A stretch of DNA of 55,452 bases from Gemmatimonas sp. (GCA_044376625.1 JBILKP010000001.1:1-55452), one strand, 5' to 3'; shown: positions 38,862-48,652, numbered from the stretch's first letter. The notes: a model not told the origin generated them from the letters alone. Translations and numbers: made by a program.

Positions 38862-40574
38862 ATGATCCGATCCGCGCTCCGCGGCGCCGCGCTCGTGGCC
38901 GCCGCCGCCCTGCTGGCCGGGTGCGACACCGAGCTGGAGGTCATCAACCCCAACTCGGGGGACACCCGCCGCGTGCTGGGCACCCCCAACGACGCCGAGA
39001 ACCTCCTGGGGTCGTACTACCGCCGGTGGCACACCGGCGTGTACGGCTCCACGGCCAACCTCGAGGGGATGATGAATGTCATGTCCCTCATGAACTACTC
39101 GTCGCTGGCCAACAACTGCCAGAACGCCCGGGCGCCGTTCGCCGGGGCGTTCAACGGCAACAACCCCGGCAACGTCTGCCAGGGGGAGCAGTATCGCCTG
39201 TACAACTTCATGGGCGAGGTGAACCGGGTGGCCTCCTCCTTCCTCCGGCAGATGAAGCCGGCGGCGGACGGGGGCACCGACCTCAACCTGGGGTCGCCGG
39301 CGCGCAACGCGCGCGCCAAGGCGTACGCCGAGTTCCTGCGCGGGCTGGCCATCGGCTACACGGCGCTCATGCATGACTCGGTCGGTATCGTCACCGACGC
39401 CATGACCTCCGAGGATCCGGGCAGTCTGGTGGGGTACAAGGCGGCGTTCGACTCGGCCAGCGCCGCGTTCGACCGCGCCATCACCTTCACCAACGAGAAC
39501 GCCGCCGGCGCCGACGGCTTCCCGCTGCCGGCCACCTGGATCCCGTCGAACACCTCGTTCAGCAAGGCGGAGTTCGTCAAGCTCATCCGCAGCTACCGGG
39601 CGCGCCTCCGGGCCAACCTGGCGCGCACCCCGGCCGAGCGGGCGGCGGTCAACTGGGACGCGGTCATCGCCGACGCGGAGGCCGGCATCACCGCCGACCA
39701 CCAGATCACCACCAACACGGTGACCGGGCCCGGCAACTCCTGGCGCTCGCAGTACGGCGTGTTTGCGCTGTGGCACCAGATGCCGCCGTTCTACATCGGC
39801 ATGGCCGACACCTCCGGCAGCTACGCCGCGTGGCTGGCCACGCCGCTGGGCGACCGCGGCGCGGGGAACGTGAGCTTCCTCATGGCCACCCCCGACCAGC
39901 GCTTCCCGCAGGGGGCCACCCGCGCGGCGCAGCAGGCGGACTTCCAGCGCCAGAGCTGCCAGGCGGCGTCCACGGTGTGCAAGCGCTACTTCGAGAACCG
40001 CCAGGTGGGCGAGGACCAGAACCAGGGGCTCGGGTGGGGGTGGTCCAACTACAACCACGTCCGCTTCTTCTCCTGGCGCACCAACGGCGATGGCACCCAG
40101 CAGAACGGGAACACGCCGCACATGGTGAAGGCGGAGATGGACCTGCTGCGCGCCGAGGGGCACTTCCGCAAGGGGAACCTGCCGCAGGCCGTGGCGCTGG
40201 TGAACCTGAGCCGCGTGGGCACGGGCAAGCTGCCGCCCATCGAGTTGGCCAGCGCCACGGCGCCGGTGCCTGGGGGGAACGCCTGCGTGCCCAAGGTGCC
40301 GTCGGCCCCCAACTTCACCACGGCGGCCTGCGGTAACCTTTGGGAGGCCATCAAGTACGAGGTGCGCATCGAGACGGCCTACACGCACTTCGGGGCGTGG
40401 TTCCTCCCCGGCCGCGGGTGGGGCGAGCTCCCGGAAGGGACCCCGACGTTCTGGGCCGTCCCGTACCAGGACCTGCAGGCGCGCGGCAAGCAGCTCGACG
40501 AGCTGTACGGGTCGGGGTTGGGCGCGGGGAACGCGCCCAACTCCACCGCCCCCAAGAGCGTCTATGGATGGTAA
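38862..40574 (+). CDS. SusD/RagB family lipoprotein
   Basis: Lipobox LLAGC-D..VINPN, AKAYAEFLRG, AEMDLLRAEG, LVNLSR, AIKYEVRIE. Directly downstream of susC. Confidence 0.9.
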   Translation: MIRSALRGAALVAAAALLAGCDTELEVINPNSGDTRRVLGTPNDAENLLGSYYRRWHTGVYGSTANLEGMMNVMSLMNYSSLANNCQNARAPFAGAFNGNNPGNVCQGEQYRLYNFMGEVNRVASSFLRQMKPAADGGTDLNLGSPARNARAKAYAEFLRGLAIGYTALMHDSVGIVTDAMTSEDPGSLVGYKAAFDSASAAFDRAITFTNENAAGADGFPLPATWIPSNTSFSKAEFVKLIRSYRARLRANLARTPAERAAVNWDAVIADAEAGITADHQITTNTVTGPGNSWRSQYGVFALWHQMPPFYIGMADTSGSYAAWLATPLGDRGAGNVSFLMATPDQRFPQGATRAAQQADFQRQSCQAASTVCKRYFENRQVGEDQNQGLGWGWSNYNHVRFFSWRTNGDGTQQNGNTPHMVKAEMDLLRAEGHFRKGNLPQAVALVNLSRVGTGKLPPIELASATAPVPGGNACVPKVPSAPNFTTAACGNLWEAIKYEVRIETAYTHFGAWFLPGRGWGELPEGTPTFWAVPYQDLQARGKQLDELYGSGLGAGNAPNSTAPKSVYGW

Positions 40575-41064
40575 GCCGGTGGCCGCGGCGCGTGGGGTGA
40601 CTGCGCGCGCTGCGGTGCTGGCGGTGGGGTGCCTGCTGGCCACGGGGTGCTATGCGATGGTCCCCGTGGTTGGCAACGGTCCCATCCTCGGGACCCGCGT
40701 GGAGCTCCAGATCAACGATGCCGGCCGGGTGGCCCTGGGCGGCACGGTGGCACCGGAGGTCGCGCGGCTCGAGGGGCGGCTGGTGGGGCAGGACAGCGCG
40801 CAGGTCGTGCTGTCGGTGCTGGCGGTCCACCTGCTGCGGGGGGGCGTGCAGGTGTGGAGCGGGGAACGGCTCACGGTATCCCGTGCGCATGTCACCCAGC
40901 TTCGCGAGCGACACCTCTCGAAGTCCAAGTCGGCGATCGTCGCCGGCGCCGTCACCGCGGCGCTGGCGGCGGTCATCCGGCAGGGGATCCTCGGCGGCGG
41001 GAGCATCGATCCCACCGTCACCCCGCCGGACTCCGCGCAATCCGTACGAATCCCGTGGCCCTGA
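40564..41064 (+). CDS. Small lipoprotein of unknown function
   Basis: Lipobox LATGC-Y, Sm-like strands (LEGRLVGQDSAQVVLSV) and a C-terminal hydrophobic helix. Start may be the later GTG. Confidence 0.65.
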   Translation: MDGKPVAAARGVTARAAVLAVGCLLATGCYAMVPVVGNGPILGTRVELQINDAGRVALGGTVAPEVARLEGRLVGQDSAQVVLSVLAVHLLRGGVQVWSGERLTVSRAHVTQLRERHLSKSKSAIVAGAVTAALAAVIRQGILGGGSIDPTVTPPDSAQSVRIPWP

Positions 41065-41101
41065 GCGGCTGCCGCACGTCTTTCCCACACGGAGTCTCAC
41101 C

Positions 41102-42025
41102 ATGCGTCGTCGTCACCTCCTGTCGGTGCTGAGCCTGGGGGCCGCGTTGGCGGTCACCGGCTGCAAGCCCGAGGAAGTCATCGCCACCCCCGACATCCCC
41201 ACGGCGGGGATCCGGTTCATCAATGCCGTCCCCGACAGCGCGGGCGCCTTTGGCCTCGACTTCCGCTTCGTGGACCTCGTCGAGAACAGCTCGGCGTTCC
41301 GCATCCCGTTCCGCAACAACATCGTGACGGCGTCGGGGGTCCCGGCCTCCACGGAAATCCAGTTCCGGCCGGCCCAGGCCGGGTCGCGCCGCGTCGCCAT
41401 CTTCCTCAACGACTCGTTGCAGGCACTGGCGTCGGTCAAGCTCCGCGACACCACCATCACCCTCGCCGCCGGCAAGCTGTACACCGCCATCCTGTGGGGG
41501 AACGCCCGCGGCGGCGCCAATGCCATGCAGCTCCGCATCATCGAGGAGACCGTGGCCGATCCGGGCGCCAACGTGGCGGTGCGCGTCATCAACACCACCA
41601 CGGAGCCCGTCGACGTCCGCCACTATGCGGCGGGGGCTACGGCCCCGGCCAACCCCACGTGGGCGGCGGTCCCGGGACGTAGCGTCTCCAGCTACGTGAC
41701 CATGCCCCCCTCCACGGCGGCGGCCCGCTACCGCTTCAACATCCGCGCGGCGGGCGGCGCCACCAACCTCATCGCCACCGATCCCACGGGGCTGCCGGGG
41801 GCGCAGGCCTTCTCCACCGCGGGCCCTGCCGGCAAGCTGGACATCCAGCCCGTCCCCGGGCTCGACGTGGCCGGCTCGGCCGTGTCGCTCATCATCTTCC
41901 CCCCCTCGGTGGCCGGGGCGCCCCGCGTGCCGCAGACCGCCGCCTTCCAGGTGCCCGCGGCCTCCTTCGCCTGGGACCGCCGGCCGCCCAACTGCCCCAC
42001 CGGCGCGCAGTGCACCTACCAGTAA
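41102..42025 (+). CDS. DUF4397-like lipoprotein
   Basis: Lipobox VTGC, AGIRFINAVPD, a repeat as VAVRVIN, and LAAGKLYTAILWG. Confidence 0.8.
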   Translation: MRRRHLLSVLSLGAALAVTGCKPEEVIATPDIPTAGIRFINAVPDSAGAFGLDFRFVDLVENSSAFRIPFRNNIVTASGVPASTEIQFRPAQAGSRRVAIFLNDSLQALASVKLRDTTITLAAGKLYTAILWGNARGGANAMQLRIIEETVADPGANVAVRVINTTTEPVDVRHYAAGATAPANPTWAAVPGRSVSSYVTMPPSTAAARYRFNIRAAGGATNLIATDPTGLPGAQAFSTAGPAGKLDIQPVPGLDVAGSAVSLIIFPPSVAGAPRVPQTAAFQVPAASFAWDRRPPNCPTGAQCTYQ

Positions 42026-42041
42026 GCGCCTCACCGCGCGC

Positions 42042-43130
42042 GTGACCACGCGTACCGCGCGCGGGACGACGGCCGCCGGCTCCCCAGCCGGCGGCCGTCG
42101 TGCGTCCGTCATCTCCCCGGTGGTGGACTTCCTGTCGCTGGGCGGGCTGTCGCTGCTGGTGCTGGTGCCGCTGCTCCTCACCGGGCGCACCGAGCTGGTC
42201 TGGTTGGGGGCGGGGGCGCAAGCCTACGTGGCCACCGCCATCAACATGCCGCACTTCCTGGCCTCCTACCGGCTGGTGTACCGCGATGCGGCTACCATGC
42301 GGCGCCACCTGTGGGCGGCGTTCGGCATCCCCGCCCTCCTGTTGGCCGCCTGCGTGGCGGCGCTGTGGGAACCGGCGGTGGTGGGGACGCTGCTGGTCAC
42401 CGTCTCCAGCGTCTACCTCGCCTGGCACTACACGGGGCAGGTGTGGGGGATGATGGCCGTGCACGCCCACCTGCAGGGGGGGCGCTTCGACCCCGGTGAG
42501 CGCCGCCTGGTGAAGGGGAGCCTGCACATCCTGCTGGCGTGGCACGTGGCGTGGTTCCTGGTCACGCAGTTGCGCGACCCCGCGCGCGTGCGCCCGCTGT
42601 ACCTGGCGGTGTCGGTCACCACCCTGCTGGCGGTGGCGCTGGGCGCCGTGGCCTTCTGGCGGATGGCGCGGCGGACGGGGCGCGCCGTGCCCGTGCTGGT
42701 GGTCACCCCGTGGCTGGCGCTCCTGGTGTGGTACGCCGCCATGGCGCGCGATCCGCGCGCGCTCTTCTGGGTGCAGATTGCCCATGCGCTGCAGTACCTC
42801 GCGTTCCCCCTGCGGGTGGAGGCCAATGCCCACGCCGAGGCGCAGCACCGCCGGGAGGGGCGGCCCCGGCTCCCCATGGCCGCGCACCTGGCCGTCTATG
42901 CCGTGCTGCTGCTGGCCGCCAGCTGGGGCATGGCGCAGCTGGTGCCGGTGGCGCTCATGGGCGCCGTGGGGCGGGCCTTTGGCGAGGAACCCGGGAAGGC
43001 CGCGCCCATCCTGCTGCTGTCGTTCATCAACATTCACCACTACTTCACCGACGGCGTGCTCTGGAAGCTCCGCAACCCCGAGGTGCAGCGGCAGCTGTTC
43101 GCGCACGTGTCTCCCGCCCCATCACGGTAA
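42042..43130 (+). CDS. Multi-pass membrane protein with His motifs
   Basis: About 9-10 transmembrane segments. NMPHFLASY, WHYTGQVWG, IAHALQYL, HHYFTDGVLWKLR. Confidence 0.8.
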   Translation: MTTRTARGTTAAGSPAGGRRASVISPVVDFLSLGGLSLLVLVPLLLTGRTELVWLGAGAQAYVATAINMPHFLASYRLVYRDAATMRRHLWAAFGIPALLLAACVAALWEPAVVGTLLVTVSSVYLAWHYTGQVWGMMAVHAHLQGGRFDPGERRLVKGSLHILLAWHVAWFLVTQLRDPARVRPLYLAVSVTTLLAVALGAVAFWRMARRTGRAVPVLVVTPWLALLVWYAAMARDPRALFWVQIAHALQYLAFPLRVEANAHAEAQHRREGRPRLPMAAHLAVYAVLLLAASWGMAQLVPVALMGAVGRAFGEEPGKAAPILLLSFINIHHYFTDGVLWKLRNPEVQRQLFAHVSPAPSR

Positions 43131-43180
43131 CCGGTCCCCGCACCTCGTCACCTGACGCGGCCCCCACCCCTCGGAGGTTG

Positions 43181-43789
43181 ATGATGCCGTCCATCGCCCG
43201 CTGGTCCCTGCGAGTTCCCGTCCGCACCCGCGCCCTGCCGTCCGTTGCCGTCCCCGTGCTCGCGCTGCTCGCCATCCTGGTCCCGTCCCTGGCGCACGCC
43301 CAGCGGCGCGGCATGGGGGAGCGGGATGTCAACTGGAACACGGTGGCGGCCAAGAAGGCCCCCCCCACGCTGGCCGCCAAGGATGTCGAGGAGCTGGACC
43401 CGCTCGCCCTGCTCCTGGACAAGAGGAAGGACCTCAAGTTGACCGACGCGCAGGTGGCCGCGCTCACCGCCGCGCACGGTACCCTGACCGCCACCGTGGC
43501 CCCCCCCCTGGCGCGTATCGACTCGCTGGGGAAGGCCATGCGCCCCACCACCACCCTGCAGGGCGCCGAGGACGAGGCGCGGATGGTCATCGCGCGCGAC
43601 GCCGCCGGTTCGGCGGTGCGCGAGGTGCAGCAGGCCTACGGCGCCGCGCTGGAGGCGGCGCTCCCCGGGCTGGAGCCCGCGCAGCAGGAGGCCGCGCGCA
43701 AGCAGCTGGACAAGCAGCAGGAGAAGGGGATGAAGGCGCTGCGCGAGAAGCTGGGCGGCCGTGGCATGGGTGGACCGCCGCGGCGGTAG
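43181..43789 (+). CDS. Secreted helical protein (Spy/CpxP-like)
   Basis: GGAGG RBS, signal peptide ending AHA-Q, LLDKRKDLKLTDAQ and LEPAQQ (LTxxQ-like). Confidence 0.65.
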   Translation: MMPSIARWSLRVPVRTRALPSVAVPVLALLAILVPSLAHAQRRGMGERDVNWNTVAAKKAPPTLAAKDVEELDPLALLLDKRKDLKLTDAQVAALTAAHGTLTATVAPPLARIDSLGKAMRPTTTLQGAEDEARMVIARDAAGSAVREVQQAYGAALEAALPGLEPAQQEAARKQLDKQQEKGMKALREKLGGRGMGGPPRR

Positions 43790-43817
43790 CGCCGCGGCGG
43801 CCGTGCACCCCTGCCGG

Positions 43818-45266
43818 TCAGCGGTACAGCGCGGCCTTGGTCCAGATCACCAGCGACCCGCAGGTGTTGGTGTTCCCCCCCGTCCCCCCCTGGAACTGCG
43901 GGGGGGCGTTGGCGGGGCGCGGGAACAGCTCCACCGCCGCGATCTCGTCGTTGTTGAACATCCCCAGCATCGACTGGTCCACCTGCCGCTGCCCGTCCAC
44001 GAACAGGGTGGCCAGGCACCGCCCGCCGCGGTTGTAGGGCAGCGTGATGATGAAGTTGCGGAAGCCGCTCCCGGTGCTGGTCACCTGCACGTTGGGGAGC
44101 ATGGCGTACAGCGCTGCCGGGGTGGCGTTCACCGGCAGCTCGCTGGAGTCGCGCATGTATCCCATGCCGCCGCGCTTGCGCTCCTCGATCTCGCGGATGC
44201 GCTGCGCCGCCTCGGCTGACCCCACCACCTTCACCACCTCCAGCGTGTTCACGCGCCGCAGTTGCGCGCTGAACGCCACCGCCTCGTTGGCCACCACGTC
44301 CACGCTGCCGGCGTACGGCAGACGCCCCAGCATCGACAGGTCCACGCGGCGCGTGCCGGCGGGGACCCGCGTCACCGAAAAGCGCCCGTCGCCGTCGGTG
44401 CGCGCCGGCTCGGCGCCGTCGATGACCACCCGCACCCCCGCCAGCGGCGCCCCTGCGCTGTCGGCCACCAGCCCGGTCACCGTCCCACGCGGCGCGTTGG
44501 CGGTGTCCCGCGTGCCCAGCACCAGGTCGCGGCGCCGCACCAGCACCCCGCGCCCCGACAGGTCGATCACCCCCGACGCCAGCGCCTCGCGCACCCCCGC
44601 CAGCTGCACGGTCACGTCCACCGGAATCCCGCAGATGCCGTAGCTCCCTTCCTCACCCGTTTCGGCGGTGCGCGCCCACCGCTTCACCGTCACGTCGGCC
44701 CCCGGCGCGGCCCCGCTGGCAACGTCGCGCCGGATGTCCAGCCACGCCGCCTCCACCACGGTGCGGGGCGCCGGGGTGGCCCCATCGGCCAGGCGCACGG
44801 TGCCGAACACGAACCCCGTGTCGCGCGCCGGCGGCTCACTGCGGCACAGCGACCGCCACAGCGTGCGGAACGACGGCACCGCCAGCTGCACCGGTTCGGT
44901 ACCGTCCACGATGGTCCATCGTGCCGTGGTGGCCGACAGCCCCAGCGAGTCGAGCACTGCGTGCTGCAGCGCAAAGGTGTAGGTGGCCGGGGGGAGGTTC
45001 TCGAAGCGGAAGCGCCCGAAGCGGTCGCTGAGGGCGGCGCGCGCCTGCCCCGCGATGGTGATGTACGCCCCCTCCAGCGGCTCCCCCGACAGCGAGTCGA
45101 TGGCGGTGCCGGTGACCGTCACGCCGCGCGACACGGGCGCGGTCCGCGGCAGCGCGGACCCCCCGCGCACCTGCGCGTGCGCCACCCCCGCGCCACCCGC
45201 CAGCGCCACCATCAGCCACGCCGCCACCGCGGGGGCCACCCCTGCTGCCACGGACCGCGTCCTCAT
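43818..45266 (-). CDS. Carboxypeptidase-regulatory-like repeats (x3) plus C-terminal TonB plug-like domain, no barrel
   Basis: VTGTAIDSLSGEPL, VFGTVR, VTGLVADSAGAPL. C-terminal EERKRGGMG..CLATLFVDG..EIAAVELF..PPQF..CGSLVIWT. Confidence 0.8.
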   Translation of the reverse strand: MRTRSVAAGVAPAVAAWLMVALAGGAGVAHAQVRGGSALPRTAPVSRGVTVTGTAIDSLSGEPLEGAYITIAGQARAALSDRFGRFRFENLPPATYTFALQHAVLDSLGLSATTARWTIVDGTEPVQLAVPSFRTLWRSLCRSEPPARDTGFVFGTVRLADGATPAPRTVVEAAWLDIRRDVASGAAPGADVTVKRWARTAETGEEGSYGICGIPVDVTVQLAGVREALASGVIDLSGRGVLVRRRDLVLGTRDTANAPRGTVTGLVADSAGAPLAGVRVVIDGAEPARTDGDGRFSVTRVPAGTRRVDLSMLGRLPYAGSVDVVANEAVAFSAQLRRVNTLEVVKVVGSAEAAQRIREIEERKRGGMGYMRDSSELPVNATPAALYAMLPNVQVTSTGSGFRNFIITLPYNRGGRCLATLFVDGQRQVDQSMLGMFNNDEIAAVELFPRPANAPPQFQGGTGGNTNTCGSLVIWTKAALYR

Positions 45267-45847
45267 CGCGCCAGCTGCGCGCGCACCAGGTCGGCCAGGC
45301 GCTTCTCCAGCGCCCCCTTCGAGGTGCACCGCATCCACGACTGGTTGAAGGTGGCCGGGCGCGCCTCCGCCTCCACCGTGGTGGTCAGCGTGGTGGCGTC
45401 CGCGCCGGCCGGGGCCAGCGTGGACGTCACGTGCAACATCACGTCGTACGAATCGGCGTTGGGCCCCACCTGCGTGGAGCCGCCGCAGTCGAGGTAGCGG
45501 CTCAGCGGCGCGCGCCCAAGCCGCTGCCGCACCTTGTACCCCAGGTTGCCGATGGTGTAGGTGCGCGGGTCCAGCGTCCCCACGGCCACCCCCACGCTGT
45601 CGTACGCCGCACGCAACGCGTCCCAGCTGCGTGCGACGGGGGCGGCCAGCTGCGCCACGTCCCGGCTGGCCTCCGTGGACAGCACCAGCGGCGCGCCGGC
45701 AATCTGCACCTGCCGCCGCTGCGGACCGGGAGCGGAAGGGGCCGAGGCGGCGGCGCCACCGGACGGTGTGCCGGAGCGGCCGCCGCCAGTGGCGCAGCCC
45801 AGCAGGGCCACCACGGGCACCAACGGCACGAGGGCAAGGATTCGCAT
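45263..45847 (-). CDS. Lipoprotein of unknown function
   Basis: Lipobox LLGC, LSRYLDCG..CTSKGALE Cys pair, ATGA overlap with the next gene. Confidence 0.75.
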   Translation of the reverse strand: MRILALVPLVPVVALLGCATGGGRSGTPSGGAAASAPSAPGPQRRQVQIAGAPLVLSTEASRDVAQLAAPVARSWDALRAAYDSVGVAVGTLDPRTYTIGNLGYKVRQRLGRAPLSRYLDCGGSTQVGPNADSYDVMLHVTSTLAPAGADATTLTTTVEAEARPATFNQSWMRCTSKGALEKRLADLVRAQLAR

Positions 45848-45935
45848 GGGCTCGCTCGGGGCAGGGGAGTGGACGACGGAGCCGACGCACGGCAGGGGCG
45901 CGCAGGGCACGCGTGCGGCGGACCGGACCGGAAAT

Positions 45936-48563
45936 CTACGGCGTGGGCGTGAGGACGAGGCGGTGGTCCACCAGCCGGTTGGCCGCAAACGGCACCTGCG
46001 CAGTCAGCGTGGCGAATCCTTCGCGCGTGACGGTCACCTGATGCGTACCCGGCGGCACCCCTTCCAGGCGGAACCGCCCGGCCTCCGACGTGAGCGTGGC
46101 GCGCGACACCCCCGGCAGCCGCACTTCGGCGTACGCCACCGGGGCGCCTTCCGTATCCACCAACCGCCCCGTGAAGCTCGCATCGCCGGCCACGGCGCTG
46201 TCCAATATCAGGTCCAGCCGCGCGGCCCGGCGGGCCAGCGGCAGCCGCACCCGCTGCGGCACGCTCCCGGGCGCCAGCACCCCCGGGGCACTGGCCGCCT
46301 CTACCTCAAGGTCCACCGCCGCCGTCACCGTTACCGCCGTCTCCACCGGCACGCCACACACCCGAAAGGTGCCCGCGCTGTCGGCACGTGCCTCCGCCCA
46401 CCGCAGCCGCGGGACCACGGTGCCGTCCGGGAGCACCAGCACCGCGCGGTCGTGCCAGCTGACGGTCAGGCGTACCGGCCACAGGGCCGCGCCCTCGCCG
46501 CGCGGCGGGGTCCGCACGCGCCCCACCAGCACGCCCCCGTCGCGTCGCGTGCCGCAGGCCGCCGCCACCAGCGCGGCCGCCGGCGGCAGCGTGACCTCCA
46601 GCCGCCGCCGCACGCCGCTCACCCGCACCGACGCGCGGTGCACGGTGCCAATGGAGTCCAGCCACGGCGTCCGCACCTCCACCTGATAATCACCACGAGG
46701 GATCCCCCCCAGCAGGAACGTGCCGCTGGAGTCGGTCACGCTCTCCAGCAGCGTCCCCGCCAGCGACACCCGCGCGTCCGCCACCGGTGCGCCGCTGTCC
46801 GGGTCGCGCACCACGCCGGAGAGCAGCGTCCCGCCCGCCTCCCCCTCGGCCACCGCGGGGAGGCCGTCGTGCAGGATCACGGGGACCGCCGTGATGGCGC
46901 CCCCCACGGGGAACACCACGGTCTCGGGAGCCGCGCGCCCCCGCACCAGCTGCAGCTCCACCACGTCCCCCACCGCCACGCCATCGCACAGGAGCAGGCG
47001 CCCGTCGGCGTCGGTGGTCCCCCGCTCGGCCACCACCACCCAGTCCCCCCCCCGCGATCGGCGCAGTCGCCACGTCACGCCGCCCATCCCCTCCCCGGTG
47101 GGAGCCACCACGCGCGCCACCACCATCACCCCGGTCCCGCCGGACCCCCCGGGGCAGGCGGGGCGCAGGTACCGCTCGGCGGTGGGCGCCTCAAGGGTCG
47201 CGCGCACCGTGTCGCCCGCCCCCACCATGGGGGCCAGCGCCGTGGGGAGCGCCACGCCCAGCGGCGCCAACACCGAGTCCAGCACCACCACCTCGTACGG
47301 CCCCGGCAGCACGTCGGGCAGTTCCACCAGCCCGTCCACGTCGGTCGCCGCGCGGTAGTCCGTGTCGCGCAGCCCCACCACCACCCCAGCGGCGCGCGCG
47401 CCGGCTGCGGTGCGCACCGTCAGCCGCACCGTCCCCAGCAGCGCCTCCCACCGTGTGCTGTCCCCCCACGTGGCGCGGGCCAGCGCGCCCCCCACCTCGG
47501 TGATCACCGGGGGCGCGCCCCCGACCTCACCGATCGCCGTGGTGCGACGGCTGGGGGGGGCCAGCGTGCGGAGCCACCACTGGTCAATCAGCACCACGCC
47601 GCTGGGCATGGCGCGAAAGCGCACCGCCCCACCGGCCCCGGCGCGCTGGGCCGCATCCTCGACCCCGGTGTAGCGGAAGGTGATGCCGGTGACCGCGCGC
47701 GCCAGCGTGTCAATCCACAGCGCCCCCTCGATGTCCACCCGGTCGCGCTCCCGCCGCACCGGCTCGAACGCCACCCCCACCTCGGTGGGACGCGCCGCCT
47801 CATCCGCTGCCCGGTGAAAGCAGTAGCCGGCCGCAAAGCCGGGATCCAGGAGCACCATCGCATCGGGGCCGAACAGCAGCTGCGCCCCCCGCTCCTGCGC
47901 GCGGAACCCCAGCCGCACGAAGTCGGCGCCGCTGCGCGTGGCGCCAAAGGAGGCGGTGGAGGCCACCCCCGAATCCACGCGCACCTGCTGCCGCGCGATG
48001 GCGCGCCCGTCGGGGGCGTACTCGCGCGTGTACGCCAACCGCACCACGGCGGCGGGGGAGGTCTCGTGGGCCACCTGCATGGCCAGGAGCCCCGTGCGCG
48101 CCTCCTCCAGCAGGGCCGCCGCCTCCTCGCGGTCGGGGCGCGCGCGGCAGCGGGCGGCGTTCACCTGCACCCGCCCCAGCAGCGTGGGGAGGCGCGCCAG
48201 CGCCAGCGACAGCTCCGGCAGGGGCCTCCCCTCGCCGCGCGGGAGCGCCATCCCCTGCGGACGATACCCCAGCCGCAGCGCCTGCACCCGCGTGGCGGGG
48301 CGCGCCAAGGGCAGGGCAAAGCGCCCGTCCTCCCGGGTCACGGCGCGCGCCACGGTGTCGCCGCGTGCGCCCAGGGCCAGCACCACGGCGCCGGGCACCG
48401 CCGCCCCGTTGGCGCTGTCGCGCACGGCGCCGCGCAGCAGGGGGACCGGCTGCGCCTGCATCGGTGGCGCCACGGTCCCCAGCGCCAGCAGCAGGAGGGC
48501 CACCCGAACCGCCCGCCCACTCCCGGGCGCCCCGCGGACCGCCAACCCCAAGGCACAAGGCAT
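45936..48563 (-). CDS. Secreted protein with multiple carboxypeptidase-regulatory-like domains
   Basis: Repeats LRGAVRDSANGAAVPGA, LSGVVRDPDSGAPVADA, FTGRLVDTEGAPVAYA. Central YCF..VAFEP..GALWID domain. Start uncertain. Confidence 0.8.
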   Translation of the reverse strand: MPCALGLAVRGAPGSGRAVRVALLLLALGTVAPPMQAQPVPLLRGAVRDSANGAAVPGAVVLALGARGDTVARAVTREDGRFALPLARPATRVQALRLGYRPQGMALPRGEGRPLPELSLALARLPTLLGRVQVNAARCRARPDREEAAALLEEARTGLLAMQVAHETSPAAVVRLAYTREYAPDGRAIARQQVRVDSGVASTASFGATRSGADFVRLGFRAQERGAQLLFGPDAMVLLDPGFAAGYCFHRAADEAARPTEVGVAFEPVRRERDRVDIEGALWIDTLARAVTGITFRYTGVEDAAQRAGAGGAVRFRAMPSGVVLIDQWWLRTLAPPSRRTTAIGEVGGAPPVITEVGGALARATWGDSTRWEALLGTVRLTVRTAAGARAAGVVVGLRDTDYRAATDVDGLVELPDVLPGPYEVVVLDSVLAPLGVALPTALAPMVGAGDTVRATLEAPTAERYLRPACPGGSGGTGVMVVARVVAPTGEGMGGVTWRLRRSRGGDWVVVAERGTTDADGRLLLCDGVAVGDVVELQLVRGRAAPETVVFPVGGAITAVPVILHDGLPAVAEGEAGGTLLSGVVRDPDSGAPVADARVSLAGTLLESVTDSSGTFLLGGIPRGDYQVEVRTPWLDSIGTVHRASVRVSGVRRRLEVTLPPAAALVAAACGTRRDGGVLVGRVRTPPRGEGAALWPVRLTVSWHDRAVLVLPDGTVVPRLRWAEARADSAGTFRVCGVPVETAVTVTAAVDLEVEAASAPGVLAPGSVPQRVRLPLARRAARLDLILDSAVAGDASFTGRLVDTEGAPVAYAEVRLPGVSRATLTSEAGRFRLEGVPPGTHQVTVTREGFATLTAQVPFAANRLVDHRLVLTPTP

Positions 48564-48652
48564 GGCCGCAAGATGACGGGCGGCCCCCTGCCACGCCACG
48601 GGGAGGAGGCCCGTCGTATGCGTTCCGCTGACGCACTCGGTACGTTCCGCAC

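Noticed and set aside
34884-40643. 1919-aa minus-strand ORF, and similar long ORFs at 22827-27365, 18724-21534, 14248-16485 and 45561-49067
   Set aside because: Antisense shadows of well-supported genes, expected from high GC3 codon bias. They have no domain motifs.
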